Shown here: piece after piece, positions 19,433 through 30,151 of the stretch
Layout: every line of letters starts with the position of its first letter
How positions within the stretch are numbered: the stretch's first letter is position 1
Assembly (NCBI GenBank): GCA_014382365.1
Contig: JACNJW010000044.1
Coordinates: forward strand, 7,368-71,367
Direction: 5' to 3'
Length of the DNA stretch: 64,000 bases
DNA from: SAR324 cluster bacterium
GTDB taxonomy: Bacteria; SAR324; NAC60-12
Position numbers and translations under genes: made by a program
Notes under the pieces: model-generated
Database searches by the model: none
Told to the model about the DNA's origin: nothing
What the model saw: only the letters and a program-made list of their open reading frames with translations

Positions 19433-20914
19433 TCAGCGTAGAATACTTTGCAGAGAGGCAATTTTCTGATGTTGATCTTCAGTCGTTGCATAACGATCTG
19501 CATGCAGCAACTGCTTGAGTAATTTTTCATTCATGGCAGGATCCGGCTTAGCTTTTTCACCATCAAGCTGCATTGCCAGAATGGTCATCTGCACATTACG
19601 AATAATCAGTTTCGGCAGTGTCTGCAGCAGAATATCCCTTTGATTCAGGGCCTGTGCAATCTGGAGATCAAAATCGGCAGAGAGCGCTGCTTCTTTCAAT
19701 GCCCGCAGTGCTTTAAAATAAGTTTCGATCCTGAGATGCATATTGAGCTCTTCCTGTGCAGCACGGATCATACTCACTGCTTCCAGGTAATGTTTCTCAA
19801 ATTCAGTTGCTCTTTGATTCGGCGTAAAGACCGCACGCGGCAATCCACCAGTTGCTTTTGAGGCCAGCAAGTCAGGAGGCTGAATCAAACTCTGATCTGT
19901 AGAACTGTAAAAATTAACAACTACAGAATTACGGTCTGTTATCTCAATAAACGGAGGTAAATCAAGCGCATCAGGATTCACCATGGCACGTAAAACAACC
20001 CGTTTCTGGTGCTCCACATCAGTGTCAATCTCCACATAGCGTAAATATTCGTGATTCTTAAAACCTTGAACCTCGCGGACTTTTTCTGAATTTGGAAAAA
20101 TAATCTGCAGGAAAAACTGCTCTTTGTATCTTCCTGTTTCAGGATCTCTCATTTTAAGTTCAACTACCTGATATGGAAAGCGGTCGGGACTTGTTAAAAC
20201 AGGACTGTCAAAAACCACCTCTATTCCAAAGCGCCAAATTTCCCGCAGCTCATCTTCAAGCTGAAGTGGAATTTTCTTTAATTCCCGAACTTTAAATGTT
20301 TTTCGCAGCACACTGACATTTTCCGGGGCCTCCTCCAAGAAAGCCGAACGTTGTAGAAGCTGGAAGGCATCGGTGTAAGTAAAAAACTCTCTGGAACCGT
20401 TTTCCAATTCTAATACATATCGATAACGCTCACCAAATTTATTGGTCTTCAAAAATTTTTTGTCTTCTGCCTGTAAAATACGAAAGCGTCTAACTCCCAA
20501 AACGAGACTTTTGCCTTCCAGAATATCATGTTTAGCAAATGTTTTAACGAAGGCAGTTGCATTTAAAACGCGGCGGTAAAATTCATTCTTGTCAAGTACA
20601 CCGAAATCTGTACTTTCGGTTGAAGGAAAAACCAGCGCACGATTTTTACTGAGAATCAATTCGTCAGTTTGTGTCCATTCACGAATCCGGTTAATCAACC
20701 ACTTGCGGCTGGAGCCGTCATCAAGGATTGCCTGCAGATAAAAATCGTCCTTACCTCTGTTTTTGACAAAGACAGATGAAATTTTGATGGATTTGAAATA
20801 ACCATGATCCAGCACACCGGCCAGTTTAAGTGCTTTTTTCCTAGAGGTATATTCCGGAAAGGCAAATGCCGGCAAGCTGAGACAAACCAGTAAAAGTGTA
20901 AATATCAGCTTCAT
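19433..20914 (-). CDS. Secreted hypothetical protein (~493 aa), no recognisable domain
   Basis: Start re-picked at MKLIFTLLLVCLSLPAFA (signal peptide). Helical C-terminal third. Last gene of the gyrA-co-oriented string. Confidence 0.55.
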   Translation of the reverse strand: MKLIFTLLLVCLSLPAFAFPEYTSRKKALKLAGVLDHGYFKSIKISSVFVKNRGKDDFYLQAILDDGSSRKWLINRIREWTQTDELILSKNRALVFPSTESTDFGVLDKNEFYRRVLNATAFVKTFAKHDILEGKSLVLGVRRFRILQAEDKKFLKTNKFGERYRYVLELENGSREFFTYTDAFQLLQRSAFLEEAPENVSVLRKTFKVRELKKIPLQLEDELREIWRFGIEVVFDSPVLTSPDRFPYQVVELKMRDPETGRYKEQFFLQIIFPNSEKVREVQGFKNHEYLRYVEIDTDVEHQKRVVLRAMVNPDALDLPPFIEITDRNSVVVNFYSSTDQSLIQPPDLLASKATGGLPRAVFTPNQRATEFEKHYLEAVSMIRAAQEELNMHLRIETYFKALRALKEAALSADFDLQIAQALNQRDILLQTLPKLIIRNVQMTILAMQLDGEKAKPDPAMNEKLLKQLLHADRYATTEDQHQKIASLQSILR

Positions 20915-20927
20915 AAAGTGTCTGTTA

Positions 20928-21839
20928 TTATTCAAAATTCTTTCCCACATAAATTTCTACATCGGTTGCCAATTTACTGATTCTACTGTCAGGTACTGCT
21001 TCCAGCACCTGCTCACCAGGCAGAACCTCAGCCAGGATTAATGCGGCCCTGAGCAGATTTGCATGAAAATATATCTTTGTTTTTGGTAGTATGATTTGTT
21101 CACGAACTGAAGATATATTGACGATTTTTAACTTCATGCCCATACGCTTTTCAATCCTGCGTTTCTGCTGACTTGTCAACAATGCTGCGAGACGCTGCGC
21201 ACCATCCACTTGTGGAGATGCATTCAAAATCACAACATTCAACTGATCAAAATGACGATATGACATTAATGCCGTAACAGGATGTAAAAGCATCGCCTTT
21301 CGGGGATTTACCTTTGGAGGGCCCAAATCTGTTTCTGCAGCTGTAACAATTTTATCTTCTGTTAAAAAAGTTGAAATCTGCTTCTTTTTGGGCTTTTGCA
21401 AGGCAAAGATCAAGTGGCGGGAATCTGATTTTTCTGTATCCAGCACCAAACTTATTTCTTCAACACTCGTCAGAGATAAGGTCACCATGAAATCTATGTC
21501 ACCATTATCATTTTTAGTAATTTTCTCTTCCAGCAGCATTTTTTCTAAAATTGCTTCCTCTGCAAAGGAAGTTACTTCACGCTCCGGCAGCAGAATATTG
21601 TTGATAAAAGTCCTGGGAAGAAGAACTGTAGTTTCAGTCTTTGAGTTTCCTGGATAAATTTGGATGTGGGGGAACTGCCCTGGATCGAAATAACCTTTAA
21701 AGATCAGCAGTGATCTCTTCTTGTCCGGAATCAGTTCAAAGCGGTCAAGCATATGTCCGGATGTAGCGGAGAAGACCGAACCTGTTGCTAAGAATATAAT
21801 CAGCAGACTGAGAGCTGCTAAATGTAAAAACTGCTTCAT
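20928..21839 (-). CDS. Secreted/anchored protein with a C-terminal LytR_C-like domain
   Basis: N-terminal hydrophobic segment (LAALSLLIIFLATGSVFS). The C-terminal LNVVILNASPQVDGAQRLAALL...KIVNISS...TKIYF resembles the LytR/CpsA/Psr C-terminal domain. Confidence 0.5.
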   Translation of the reverse strand: MKQFLHLAALSLLIIFLATGSVFSATSGHMLDRFELIPDKKRSLLIFKGYFDPGQFPHIQIYPGNSKTETTVLLPRTFINNILLPEREVTSFAEEAILEKMLLEEKITKNDNGDIDFMVTLSLTSVEEISLVLDTEKSDSRHLIFALQKPKKKQISTFLTEDKIVTAAETDLGPPKVNPRKAMLLHPVTALMSYRHFDQLNVVILNASPQVDGAQRLAALLTSQQKRRIEKRMGMKLKIVNISSVREQIILPKTKIYFHANLLRAALILAEVLPGEQVLEAVPDSRISKLATDVEIYVGKNFE

Positions 21840-21943
21840 GAAATTGCAGTGGCTAAGGTGCACATTGGGGGTCTCCTGCCAGCACTATGGAGGTGGAGAC
21901 ACCCACTTACAAATGCAGAAAATGAGCCACTACTACAAAGCAA

Positions 21944-24538
21944 TCATGAATCCGAAGGTTCATCAAAGGAATCATCAGCAGAAGTGTCGTCTTCCGGCTC
22001 CTCAGGAATATCTTTGGGAGATACGTTTTCAGGAGTTGTTTCGGCCGTTGAACCTGCTGCAATTTCCGCAGCCTGCGGATTATTTTGTGTTTCCTCAGCA
22101 ACTTCATCATCATCACTTTCATCCTCAATCACTGGTGCAATACCAATAACCTGCTCATCATCTTCAAGACGAATCAGACGGTTACCCTGTGTAACTCTGC
22201 CGATTGTACGGATATTTTCAACAGGTATTCGAATCAATTTACCAAATTGAGTAATCAGGAACAACTGAAAATGCTCTTCAACTTCCAGAACATTGACAAC
22301 AGGACCGTTAGTGTCGGTAATCCGGATTGTGCGCATACCATAGTTGCCCCGGTTTTTTGCCAGAGTATAATCTACAATTGGTGTTTTTTTGCCGTATCCG
22401 CCTTCAGTAACTGTCAGCAATTCACCGGATCCGGTGAGTGCCAATGCAGACACAACTCTGTCACCTGCACGAAGCCTGACGCCTCTTACTCCACGTGCCT
22501 GCCTGCCCATGGCTCGTAAAGTCGATTCGTTAACACGCAGTCCCATTCCGTCACGGGTTGCAAAAAACAATTCCTGCTCTCCACTTGTTAGTTGAACAGA
22601 AATCACAGAATCGCCTTCGTCCAAGGTAATTACACGCAATCCGGTAACACGGATTTTTGCACAGTCAAGCATCGGTGTTTTTTTGGCAACACCACCCTCT
22701 GTGCAGAGGAAAATGTATTTGTTTTCTGCTTCTTTCGGAACATTCAGGCAGGAACAAATTGATTCTCCTTCCCTCAGAGGCAATAAATTAATCGCAGCTT
22801 TTCCACGCCCAGTCGGTCCTGCCTGTGGCAGTTCAAAAACTTTTTTACGGAAAACCTGTCCTTTGTTTGTGAAAAACAAGACATAATCATGGGTTGAGGC
22901 TACGAATAACTGTTCTACAAAATCTTCGTCTTTGGTCCCCATTCCTAAGCGTCCCTTACCGCCGCGGCGCTGCAGCCTGTACTCACTGACGGAGCTGCGC
23001 TTGATGTAACCCTCACGGGAAAGCGTTACCACCATGTCTTCTTCATTGATTAATTCCTCAATCAGAATTGAGCTGTCACCTTCAATAATTTCGGTACGGC
23101 GTTCATCTCCATACTTATCTCGAATTTCAATACTCTCTGTGCGGATAATATCGATAACACGTTCATCTTTTTCCAAAATGTCTTTGTAATCAGCAATTGC
23201 TTCGCCAACTGATTCATGTTCTGCACGGATTTTATCCTGTTCCATTCCGGTCAAGCGCTGCAGTTTCATATCAAGAATTCCGTGCGCCTGGCGTTTGGAA
23301 AGCCCAAAATTTTCCATTAAAATAGCTTCTGCTGCAGCTCCGCTTTCTGCTTTGCGGATAATTTCCAGCACTGCATCCAGATTTTCCAGTGCTATCATTA
23401 AACCTTCAAGCAGATGCATCCGGTTTTCTGCATTTTTTAATTCAAAACGTGTCCGGCGTGTGACAACCTCAATCCGGTGCTGCAGAAAAAATTCCAACAT
23501 TTGCGTTAAAGCCAGAATTTTTGGCTGCTTGTCCACTATTGAAAGCATGATGATTCCAAAACTCGACTGCAAAGCTGTATGCTTATAGAGGTTACTCAGA
23601 ACCACATCCGGAGTTTCACCACGCTTGAGCTGAATAAAAATGCGCATCCCTTTGCGGTCAGATTCGTCACGCAAATCTGAAATACCCTCAATTTTTTTGT
23701 GGCGAACCAAATCTGCAATTTTTTCCAACAGATTGGCCTTGTTGACCATAAATGGCAGCTCATCAACTATAATTAAATCACGACCATCTTTAGTTTGCTC
23801 AAAGTGACTTTTTGCACGAATCCGGATGATTCCACGACCAGTAGTATAGGCATCATATATTCCACTCTTGCCTATGATCGTTCCACCAGTCGGAAAGTCA
23901 GGTCCCGGAATGAATTCCATCAACTCCTGAACTGTGGCTGTATTACGGTTGTCAATATAGAACAAGAGTGCATTCAGCACTTCCTTGAGATTGTGAGGAG
24001 GAATGTTGCTGGCCATACCAACCGCAATTCCGGTTGAACCGTTGGTCAGTAAATTTGGAATACGTGATGGCAGGACAGCCGGTTCTTCCAGCGAGTCATC
24101 ATAGTTTGGAATAAAATCAACTGTATCTTTTTCCAAATCTGCCAGCAGATCATGAGCAATTTTGCGCATGCGAACTTCGGTATAACGCATTGCAGCCGGA
24201 GAATCTCCATCGACTGAACCAAAGTTACCCTGTCCGTCAATCAACTGATAACGCATCGAAAAATTTTGAGTCAGCCTGACGATTGTATCGTAAACTGCCG
24301 CATCTCCATGTGGATGATATTTACCTATCACATCACCAACAACACGGGCTGATTTTCGGTAGGGTTTATTGAAGTCATTGCCCTGCTCGCCCATTGAAAA
24401 AAGGACCCGCCGGTGAACCGGTTTCAAACCATCCCTGACATCCGGAAGGGCGCGTCCAACGATGACGCTCATTGCATACTCCATATAGGAGTCGCGCATT
24501 TCGTGGACTATATCTGCTTCAAGTATTGTTTCACTCAT
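21944..24538 (-). CDS. gyrA: DNA gyrase subunit A, with a 60-aa acidic C-terminal tail
   Basis: [36 protein letters not shown] (catalytic Tyr) and a beta-pinwheel CTD. The tail is EDESDDDE...[10 protein letters not shown]. Confidence 0.95.
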   Translation of the reverse strand: MSETILEADIVHEMRDSYMEYAMSVIVGRALPDVRDGLKPVHRRVLFSMGEQGNDFNKPYRKSARVVGDVIGKYHPHGDAAVYDTIVRLTQNFSMRYQLIDGQGNFGSVDGDSPAAMRYTEVRMRKIAHDLLADLEKDTVDFIPNYDDSLEEPAVLPSRIPNLLTNGSTGIAVGMASNIPPHNLKEVLNALLFYIDNRNTATVQELMEFIPGPDFPTGGTIIGKSGIYDAYTTGRGIIRIRAKSHFEQTKDGRDLIIVDELPFMVNKANLLEKIADLVRHKKIEGISDLRDESDRKGMRIFIQLKRGETPDVVLSNLYKHTALQSSFGIIMLSIVDKQPKILALTQMLEFFLQHRIEVVTRRTRFELKNAENRMHLLEGLMIALENLDAVLEIIRKAESGAAAEAILMENFGLSKRQAHGILDMKLQRLTGMEQDKIRAEHESVGEAIADYKDILEKDERVIDIIRTESIEIRDKYGDERRTEIIEGDSSILIEELINEEDMVVTLSREGYIKRSSVSEYRLQRRGGKGRLGMGTKDEDFVEQLFVASTHDYVLFFTNKGQVFRKKVFELPQAGPTGRGKAAINLLPLREGESICSCLNVPKEAENKYIFLCTEGGVAKKTPMLDCAKIRVTGLRVITLDEGDSVISVQLTSGEQELFFATRDGMGLRVNESTLRAMGRQARGVRGVRLRAGDRVVSALALTGSGELLTVTEGGYGKKTPIVDYTLAKNRGNYGMRTIRITDTNGPVVNVLEVEEHFQLFLITQFGKLIRIPVENIRTIGRVTQGNRLIRLEDDEQVIGIAPVIEDESDDDEVAEETQNNPQAAEIAAGSTAETTPENVSPKDIPEEPEDDTSADDSFDEPSDS

Positions 24539-24646
24539 TGTTCAAAAATAGTTTGTTTTATATTGATTTTCAGGACACTGTTTTTATTTCTAGAGACTAA
24601 CCATGATCTTTCAGCAGCTTCAGGATCAATCTCAATTCATAAGTGC

Positions 24647-25135
24647 TTAATGTGTTTTCACTTCATAAACGTGATCCCGCTTTTGGAGTACCACAACTTG
24701 TTCCATCACATCACCCTGTTCAATTTCATTGACAATATCCAGGCCTTCCGTGACTTTACCAAAAACAGTATGTTTTCCGTCCAGGTGGGGTGTGGGACCA
24801 TGTGTAATGAAAAACTGACTGCCGTTTGTGCCAGGACCTGCATTTGCCATTGAGAGAACACCCGCACTGTCATGCCGGCGTTCCGCTGTGCATTCATCAT
24901 CAAAATCATAGCCGGGACCACCGGTACCGGTGCCCTGCGGACATCCGCCCTGAATCATGAAATCCGGAATTACACGATGGAAATTCAGTCCGTCATAATA
25001 ACCTTTTTCGATCAGAGAAATCATGTTGGCTACAGTGTTTGGTGCATCGTCTTCAAACATCTCAATAGTCATGTTGCCGCGCTCAGTTTGAATCTGAATT
25101 TGCGGAAGTCCGTCAGAAATTTGTGTTTCACTCAT
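24647..25135 (-). CDS. Cyclophilin-type peptidyl-prolyl cis-trans isomerase
   Basis: [13 protein letters not shown] and GSQFFIT motifs. Confidence 0.9.
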   Translation of the reverse strand: MSETQISDGLPQIQIQTERGNMTIEMFEDDAPNTVANMISLIEKGYYDGLNFHRVIPDFMIQGGCPQGTGTGGPGYDFDDECTAERRHDSAGVLSMANAGPGTNGSQFFITHGPTPHLDGKHTVFGKVTEGLDIVNEIEQGDVMEQVVVLQKRDHVYEVKTH

Positions 25136-25163
25136 TTTTATTTTATTTTTATGTGTAAAGAAA

Positions 25164-25460
25164 TTATTTAGATTCCGAAGATTCGTCTTCGTCTCCGGCT
25201 GATAAAGCAGAAAGATCTCCCAGTCCTAGTGAAGAAAGATCAAAGTTGGAAGCTGCAGTAGAAGTTTCTGCATCCACCCACTGGTTGTTTTCAAAGAGCA
25301 ACAGCTTGGCTACTCCGCGAAAAGGAGTATAAATTTTTAGGAACGATTCTTCATCTTCTCCCTCCAGTGTCAATTCGGTAGCAGTCTCTTCAACAATTTT
25401 ACCTGAGTATTTGACTGTAATAGTTTTAGGAAAAGTTACTTTCTTATCTTCAATTTTCAT
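25164..25460 (-). CDS. Small acidic hypothetical protein (98 aa)
   Basis: ORF in the operon string between the bolA-like gene and the PPIase. C-terminal tail is [10 protein letters not shown]. No motif recognised. Confidence 0.45.
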   Translation of the reverse strand: MKIEDKKVTFPKTITVKYSGKIVEETATELTLEGEDEESFLKIYTPFRGVAKLLLFENNQWVDAETSTAASNFDLSSLGLGDLSALSAGDEDESSESK

Positions 25461-25498
25461 AATTATTTAATCTTAAAATGATACCAGTGTATCTGAGA

Positions 25499-25753
25499 TT
25501 ATTCTGGAACTAATGTTTCCAGGCGGGCAATTGCATGAACCGGAGCATTGCTACCAGCCATCAAATCATTGAGTGCTGCATAGACAATCCGCTGCTTTTC
25601 GAGGGTTCGTTTTCCTGCAAAAACAGGTGAAATCACCTGAATCTCAAAGTGCCGACCGTCTCCGCCAACTTCTACAGTTGAATCTGCAACAGTTGTTTCG
25701 ATGGCCTCTTTGATTTGTGCTTCAATAGTCTGCTGACTTCCTACTGCCTCCAT
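25499..25753 (-). CDS. BolA-family protein
   Basis: GDGRHFEIQVISPVFAGKRTLEKQRIVYAAL...VHAI fits the BolA fold signature. Start re-picked at MEAVGSQ to remove overlap with the upstream gene. Confidence 0.7.
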   Translation of the reverse strand: MEAVGSQQTIEAQIKEAIETTVADSTVEVGGDGRHFEIQVISPVFAGKRTLEKQRIVYAALNDLMAGSNAPVHAIARLETLVPE

Positions 25754-25770
25754 AAGTCCTCCTCCTTCAT

Positions 25771-26139
25771 TTACATCCAATTTGGTTTAAAGTCTTCTTC
25801 CTGTTCCGGTGGTTCAAACATAAAAGAAGTTTTGCAGCCACATGAACCTTTGGCTGATGGGTTATTAAATTTAAGCCCTCGATCCATCAAACTATAACTC
25901 CAGTCAATTTCTGTGTCCTTGATGTAAAGATGGCTTTTTTTATCAACCAAAATTTTTAAACTCTGCGATTCAAATTCCAAATCAAACTTAGATTTTTTTG
26001 AATCAAAATCCAGTGTATAGGTAAATCCGGAACAACCTCCGCCTTTTACACCAACACGAACGCAGACATCTTCTGCCAACTCATTTTCCTGCATTATTTT
26101 CTGAATTTCTTTTGCTGCATTTTCTGTAAGAGTTATCAT
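25771..26139 (-). CDS. IscA/HesB/ErpA-type Fe-S cluster insertion protein with a short acidic C-terminal extension
   Basis: GGGCSGF ... GSCGCKTSF (C-x(n)-C-G-C). Start re-picked at MITLTENAAKEI with GGAG upstream. Confidence 0.8.
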   Translation of the reverse strand: MITLTENAAKEIQKIMQENELAEDVCVRVGVKGGGCSGFTYTLDFDSKKSKFDLEFESQSLKILVDKKSHLYIKDTEIDWSYSLMDRGLKFNNPSAKGSCGCKTSFMFEPPEQEEDFKPNWM

Positions 26140-26152
26140 AGCATCTCCAGGA

Positions 26153-26560
26153 TTAGTGATCTTCACTGACCAGATTTCGGTTCCATTCCGGAATTTCAAT
26201 AATAAGTTCCTGAGTACCATTTGGAACACATTGACAGGCCAGACGGGATTGTGGTTCCAGCCCAGGTGCTAAATCCAGCATATCCTCCTCATCATCGGTA
26301 GCCTCGTTGCAACTGTCAATTCCCTGACGCACGATGATATGACAGGTGGAACAGGCACATACACCTCCGCAGGAATGATCCATGTCAATCCCGGCCTCAA
26401 GGGCAGCATTGAGTATTGAGCCCGGAAGTCCATCGGATTTTGTTGCAATTTTTTCAGCAAGAACATCCACCTTTTTCTGCAGTGGCAGAAAGGTGATTTG
26501 ATAGTCTGCTGCAGGCAACTCAAATTCGGCTTTCTCTATATAAGGATTTGTACCTGACAT
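26153..26560 (-). CDS. fdx: [2Fe-2S] ferredoxin, adrenodoxin/ISC Fdx type
   Basis: SCGGVCACSTCH (C-x5-C-x2-C) and a distal RLACQ Cys. Confidence 0.8.
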   Translation of the reverse strand: MSGTNPYIEKAEFELPAADYQITFLPLQKKVDVLAEKIATKSDGLPGSILNAALEAGIDMDHSCGGVCACSTCHIIVRQGIDSCNEATDDEEDMLDLAPGLEPQSRLACQCVPNGTQELIIEIPEWNRNLVSEDH

Positions 26561-26999
26561 AAATAATCTTTACAAAGTCTATATTTATTACTTAACCTAT
26601 AAATTATACTTAATTTATGCCCGAAAATCAATGCTAGAACTAGATAATACTGATTTAATTAACCAGCCATTTTTCATTGCAAGAAGATGTTCTGGAAGCA
26701 CTTGCCCTTTCTTAAAATTGCTGTGAAAATGTCACTTAATTTATCGGACTCATAGTGAGTAAAAATTAAAAAAACACCTTAACCGTTATCTGTACAATCA
26801 AAAAATAAACGCGGTTTCAAATAACAATCTCATCAACTCGATATTTTGAATTCCTCATAGAGATCACCCTTCTAGCCTTCTTTTCAACTTCAGCACCTTT
26901 ATCTGTTAGTATTCAAAATTATTTCTGAGAGTATCTTATGTTATGTCACGTACATAAACACACACTGATATTTTTTTTAACATCCAGTCAAAGAACAAC

Positions 27000-27893
27000 A
27001 TGATTCACTATTTATTTGGGCAAATTTTTGGAGTTGTTTTTTACGGCATATTGTTTTTACTTGGCCAGACTCTTGTCACCAACACTGCCTTGGCGCAACC
27101 CCTGGTTTTTACTGCAATTCCTGATCAGGACACTGAACGTCTGCAGGAGCGCTTTAATAAAGTTGCAGTTTATCTACAGGAAAAATTAGCAATTGAAGTC
27201 ATCTATATTCCAGTTAAAACTTATTCGGCAAGCATTGCTGCTTTCAAAAACAATGCTGTACAACTCGCCTGGTTTGGTGGACTATCCGGAGTACAGGCTC
27301 GTTTAGCTGTTCCTGGATCGCAGGCAATTGCCCTTGGAGAAGAAGACTTGAATTTTGTGAGTTATTTTATTGCACACACTTCAACAGGTATTACTGAGGC
27401 AGCAACACTTCCGGATAATCTGGCAGGACGTACTTTCACTTTCGGTTCCAAAGGCTCCACATCAGGAAGATTGATGCCGGAATATTTCCTGCGGCAACAC
27501 TTTGAAAAAACCCCATCACAAATTTTCCGCAGAGTCGGATTTTCCGGTAATCACTCAAAGTCACTGCAGCTTGTCCAGTCAGGAAGCTACGAACTTGGAG
27601 TATTAAATTACAAAGTCTGGGAAGCAGAACTGGCTGCAGGAAAAATAAATTTAAAAAAAGTGCGGATCATTTGGAAGTCACCGAGCTATCCGGACTACAA
27701 CTGGAGTATCAGAGGCGATGTTGATAAAATTTGGGGTATCGGATTTTTAGAAAAAGTTAAATCTGTACTGCTTGCAATCACGGACAAGGAAATACTGCAG
27801 GCCTTTCCTCGCAAAAAGTTTGTGGCTGCAGATAATAAGCTCTTTATTCCAATTCTGAAAACTGCACAAAATATCGGCATCATCCGTAAATGA
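27000..27893 (+). CDS. phnD: PhnD-family periplasmic binding protein of a phosphonate/phosphite-type ABC transporter
   Basis: Signal/anchor segment, then LVFTAIPDQD...IAAFKNNAVQLAWFGG...GSKGSTSG, typical of the PhnD fold. The true ligand could be another oxyanion. Confidence 0.7.
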   Translation: MIHYLFGQIFGVVFYGILFLLGQTLVTNTALAQPLVFTAIPDQDTERLQERFNKVAVYLQEKLAIEVIYIPVKTYSASIAAFKNNAVQLAWFGGLSGVQARLAVPGSQAIALGEEDLNFVSYFIAHTSTGITEAATLPDNLAGRTFTFGSKGSTSGRLMPEYFLRQHFEKTPSQIFRRVGFSGNHSKSLQLVQSGSYELGVLNYKVWEAELAAGKINLKKVRIIWKSPSYPDYNWSIRGDVDKIWGIGFLEKVKSVLLAITDKEILQAFPRKKFVAADNKLFIPILKTAQNIGIIRK

Positions 27894-27903
27894 ATTTCAG
27901 CAA

Positions 27904-28596
27904 ATGCTCATAGAATTTAAGAATGAAACCATTGCCTATAAAAACAAAGTGGTTTTTAGAGACTTTTCACTTGAAATCAATGAGAAAGAGCGTGTCGCCT
28001 TGATTGGTCCCAGTGGTGCAGGAAAATCAACTTTGCTCCGGGCAATTTACAATAAAATAGCTGAACAAGCCTCATATGTTCCGCAAGATTACGGACTCGT
28101 TCCACAAATATCTGTCTTGCACAACGTCTATATGGGACGCTTAGATCAACACTCAAGCTGGCAAAACCTGCGAACTCTAATCAGACCTGCTACTGAAATA
28201 AAAACAGACATAACAGATTTACTGGCTGAGCTTGGGATCAGTAATATGCTAAAAAAACGGGCCGGTGAACTCTCCGGTGGAGAGCAGCAAAGAGTTGCTG
28301 TTGGACGTGCAATTTATCGAAATAGTCCGGTTATGATTGCTGATGAACCGGTCTCTGCAGTTGACCCGCATCAGGCACATTCCTTACTGGAAACTTTGAG
28401 TAGCCACAGTCCATCTCTCATTTTATCCCTGCACTCTGTCGAATTGGCTTTGTCTCACGCCACACGTGTGATTGGCTTACGTGACGGAAACATCTACTTT
28501 GATGCTGTTCCGGATAAGATCAGTTCCAGAAAAATAAATAAGTTATTTTCAAAAAATTCCCAGGTAAATACCAGCTCTAAATTCAACATAAAATGA
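27904..28596 (+). CDS. phnC: ABC transporter ATP-binding protein (PhnC-type)
   Basis: GPSGAGKSTLLR, LSGGEQQRVAVGRA and MIADEPVSAVD. Confidence 0.75.
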   Translation: MLIEFKNETIAYKNKVVFRDFSLEINEKERVALIGPSGAGKSTLLRAIYNKIAEQASYVPQDYGLVPQISVLHNVYMGRLDQHSSWQNLRTLIRPATEIKTDITDLLAELGISNMLKKRAGELSGGEQQRVAVGRAIYRNSPVMIADEPVSAVDPHQAHSLLETLSSHSPSLILSLHSVELALSHATRVIGLRDGNIYFDAVPDKISSRKINKLFSKNSQVNTSSKFNIK

Positions 28597-30084
28597 ATGT
28601 TAAAAACCAGTCTGATATTGTTAACCATTGCATTATTTGCGCTGCTTGCCGCAGATATTGAAGTCCTCACACTCGATCCATGGAGAGAATTGGGACGCCT
28701 GACACTGGGTTTCTTTACTCCGGATTTTCTTGCAGTCTGGAACTTCAAAGAAGCACTGTTGAACACTATAGTCTTTGCTTTTTGCGGAACTTCACTCGGT
28801 ATCTTGCTGGGGACGATTTTGGCATTCAAATTCGAATTGACTGCGGTTCGCTTGTTTGCAGCATTTGTACGTTCGATACACGAAATTTTCTGGGTCCTCC
28901 TTTTTTTACCTGTGTTTGGTTTGAATGCATTTTGCGGAGTGTTGGCAATTGCAGTACCATATGCAGGAATTTTTGCAAAAGTTTATGCAGAAATCATTCA
29001 GGAATCGGAGGCTCGTCCCAGGGATCTGGTTCCAGTTGGAACTTCCGGTGTCAGTCTCTTTTTTTATGCAGTCTTACCAGTCGTCTGGAACGACCTGAAA
29101 CAGTATACTGCATACCGTTTTGAATGTGCCCTTCGTTCAAGTACTGTTCTCGGTTTTATTGGTCTGCCAACTTTGGGATTCCATCTTGAAACAGCTTTTA
29201 GTGAAGGATTATATTCCCAGGCAGGTGCATTATTGTTGTTGTTTTACCTTTTGGTAAGTTCACTGCGCTGGTGGCTCAAACCAAAATTTGTTGTCTTGTT
29301 CAGCATTCTTTCTTGGAGCGTTTTACCATTGACAACACAATTTTCGTGGGAAAACATGATCCGCTTTTTTAGCTGGGAAATTGTTCCGTGGCCACTAAGA
29401 CGAGATGGGTTTTTTGCCGGAACTGGCGAAGTGAGCTGGAACCTGAATGCTGTGAGTGAATGGTTTGTAAAATTGCTGAATGAAGAAATATTTTGGGGAG
29501 TAATAAACACCTTAATTCTCACCCAAATTGCTTTGGTTGGAAGTGCAGTTATAGCTTTGGTTTTATTTCCAACGGTCTCTCAGCATTTTTCAACTAAACT
29601 TCTCAGACAAGTCTCACATCTTCAACTAATCGTTTTGAGATCAACACCAGAATACTTGCTGGCCTATATTTTTATACTACTCTGGGGCCCCTCAATGCTA
29701 CCGGCAATTATAGCAATCTCACTACACAACGGAGCAATACTGGCTTTTTTGATTGGTAGACACTCTAATCTTATCAACCTATGTCATGGCTTTCCTAAAC
29801 GCCGTCTTGACCGTTATTTTTTTGAAATATTGCCTCGAATTTATGGATCATTTCTGGCGTTTTTATTTTACAGATGGGAAGTCATTTTACGAGAATCTGC
29901 AATTCTGGGAATATTAGGAGTTGCAACTTTGGGCTTTTATATTGATTCCGGCTTTGCAGAAGAGAAACTAGATGTGGCCTTTGTACTTTTGCTGGTCACA
30001 GCACTGCTTAATTTAACTGTCGACCATATTTCACAACGAACAAGAAAACATTTGCATTTAAGTAATGAAACAAGTTCAATTTAG
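28597..30084 (+). CDS. phnE: Fused two-domain ABC permease (PhnE-type)
   Basis: 495 aa, two permease repeats. The ATG directly abuts the phnC-like stop (TGAATG). Confidence 0.7.
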   Translation: MLKTSLILLTIALFALLAADIEVLTLDPWRELGRLTLGFFTPDFLAVWNFKEALLNTIVFAFCGTSLGILLGTILAFKFELTAVRLFAAFVRSIHEIFWVLLFLPVFGLNAFCGVLAIAVPYAGIFAKVYAEIIQESEARPRDLVPVGTSGVSLFFYAVLPVVWNDLKQYTAYRFECALRSSTVLGFIGLPTLGFHLETAFSEGLYSQAGALLLLFYLLVSSLRWWLKPKFVVLFSILSWSVLPLTTQFSWENMIRFFSWEIVPWPLRRDGFFAGTGEVSWNLNAVSEWFVKLLNEEIFWGVINTLILTQIALVGSAVIALVLFPTVSQHFSTKLLRQVSHLQLIVLRSTPEYLLAYIFILLWGPSMLPAIIAISLHNGAILAFLIGRHSNLINLCHGFPKRRLDRYFFEILPRIYGSFLAFLFYRWEVILRESAILGILGVATLGFYIDSGFAEEKLDVAFVLLLVTALLNLTVDHISQRTRKHLHLSNETSSI

Positions 30085-30151
30085 GTGTACACGTTATTTC
30101 AGTTTTTTAAAGCATTTTAAAGTGACTAAAGATGTGCTTAATTAGTATGTC

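Noticed and set aside
21721-22250. Plus-strand ORFs of 142 aa and 133 aa overlapping the gyrA 3' end
   Set aside because: These Ser/His-rich low-complexity products arise from reading the acidic-tail codons of gyrA in antisense. They have no RBS or motifs.
28680-29123. 147-aa alternate-frame ORF inside the phnE-like gene, and similar alternate-frame ORFs at 16931-17131 and 56674-57009
   Set aside because: They are same-strand out-of-frame ORFs inside well-supported membrane protein genes, with Cys/Arg-rich atypical composition.
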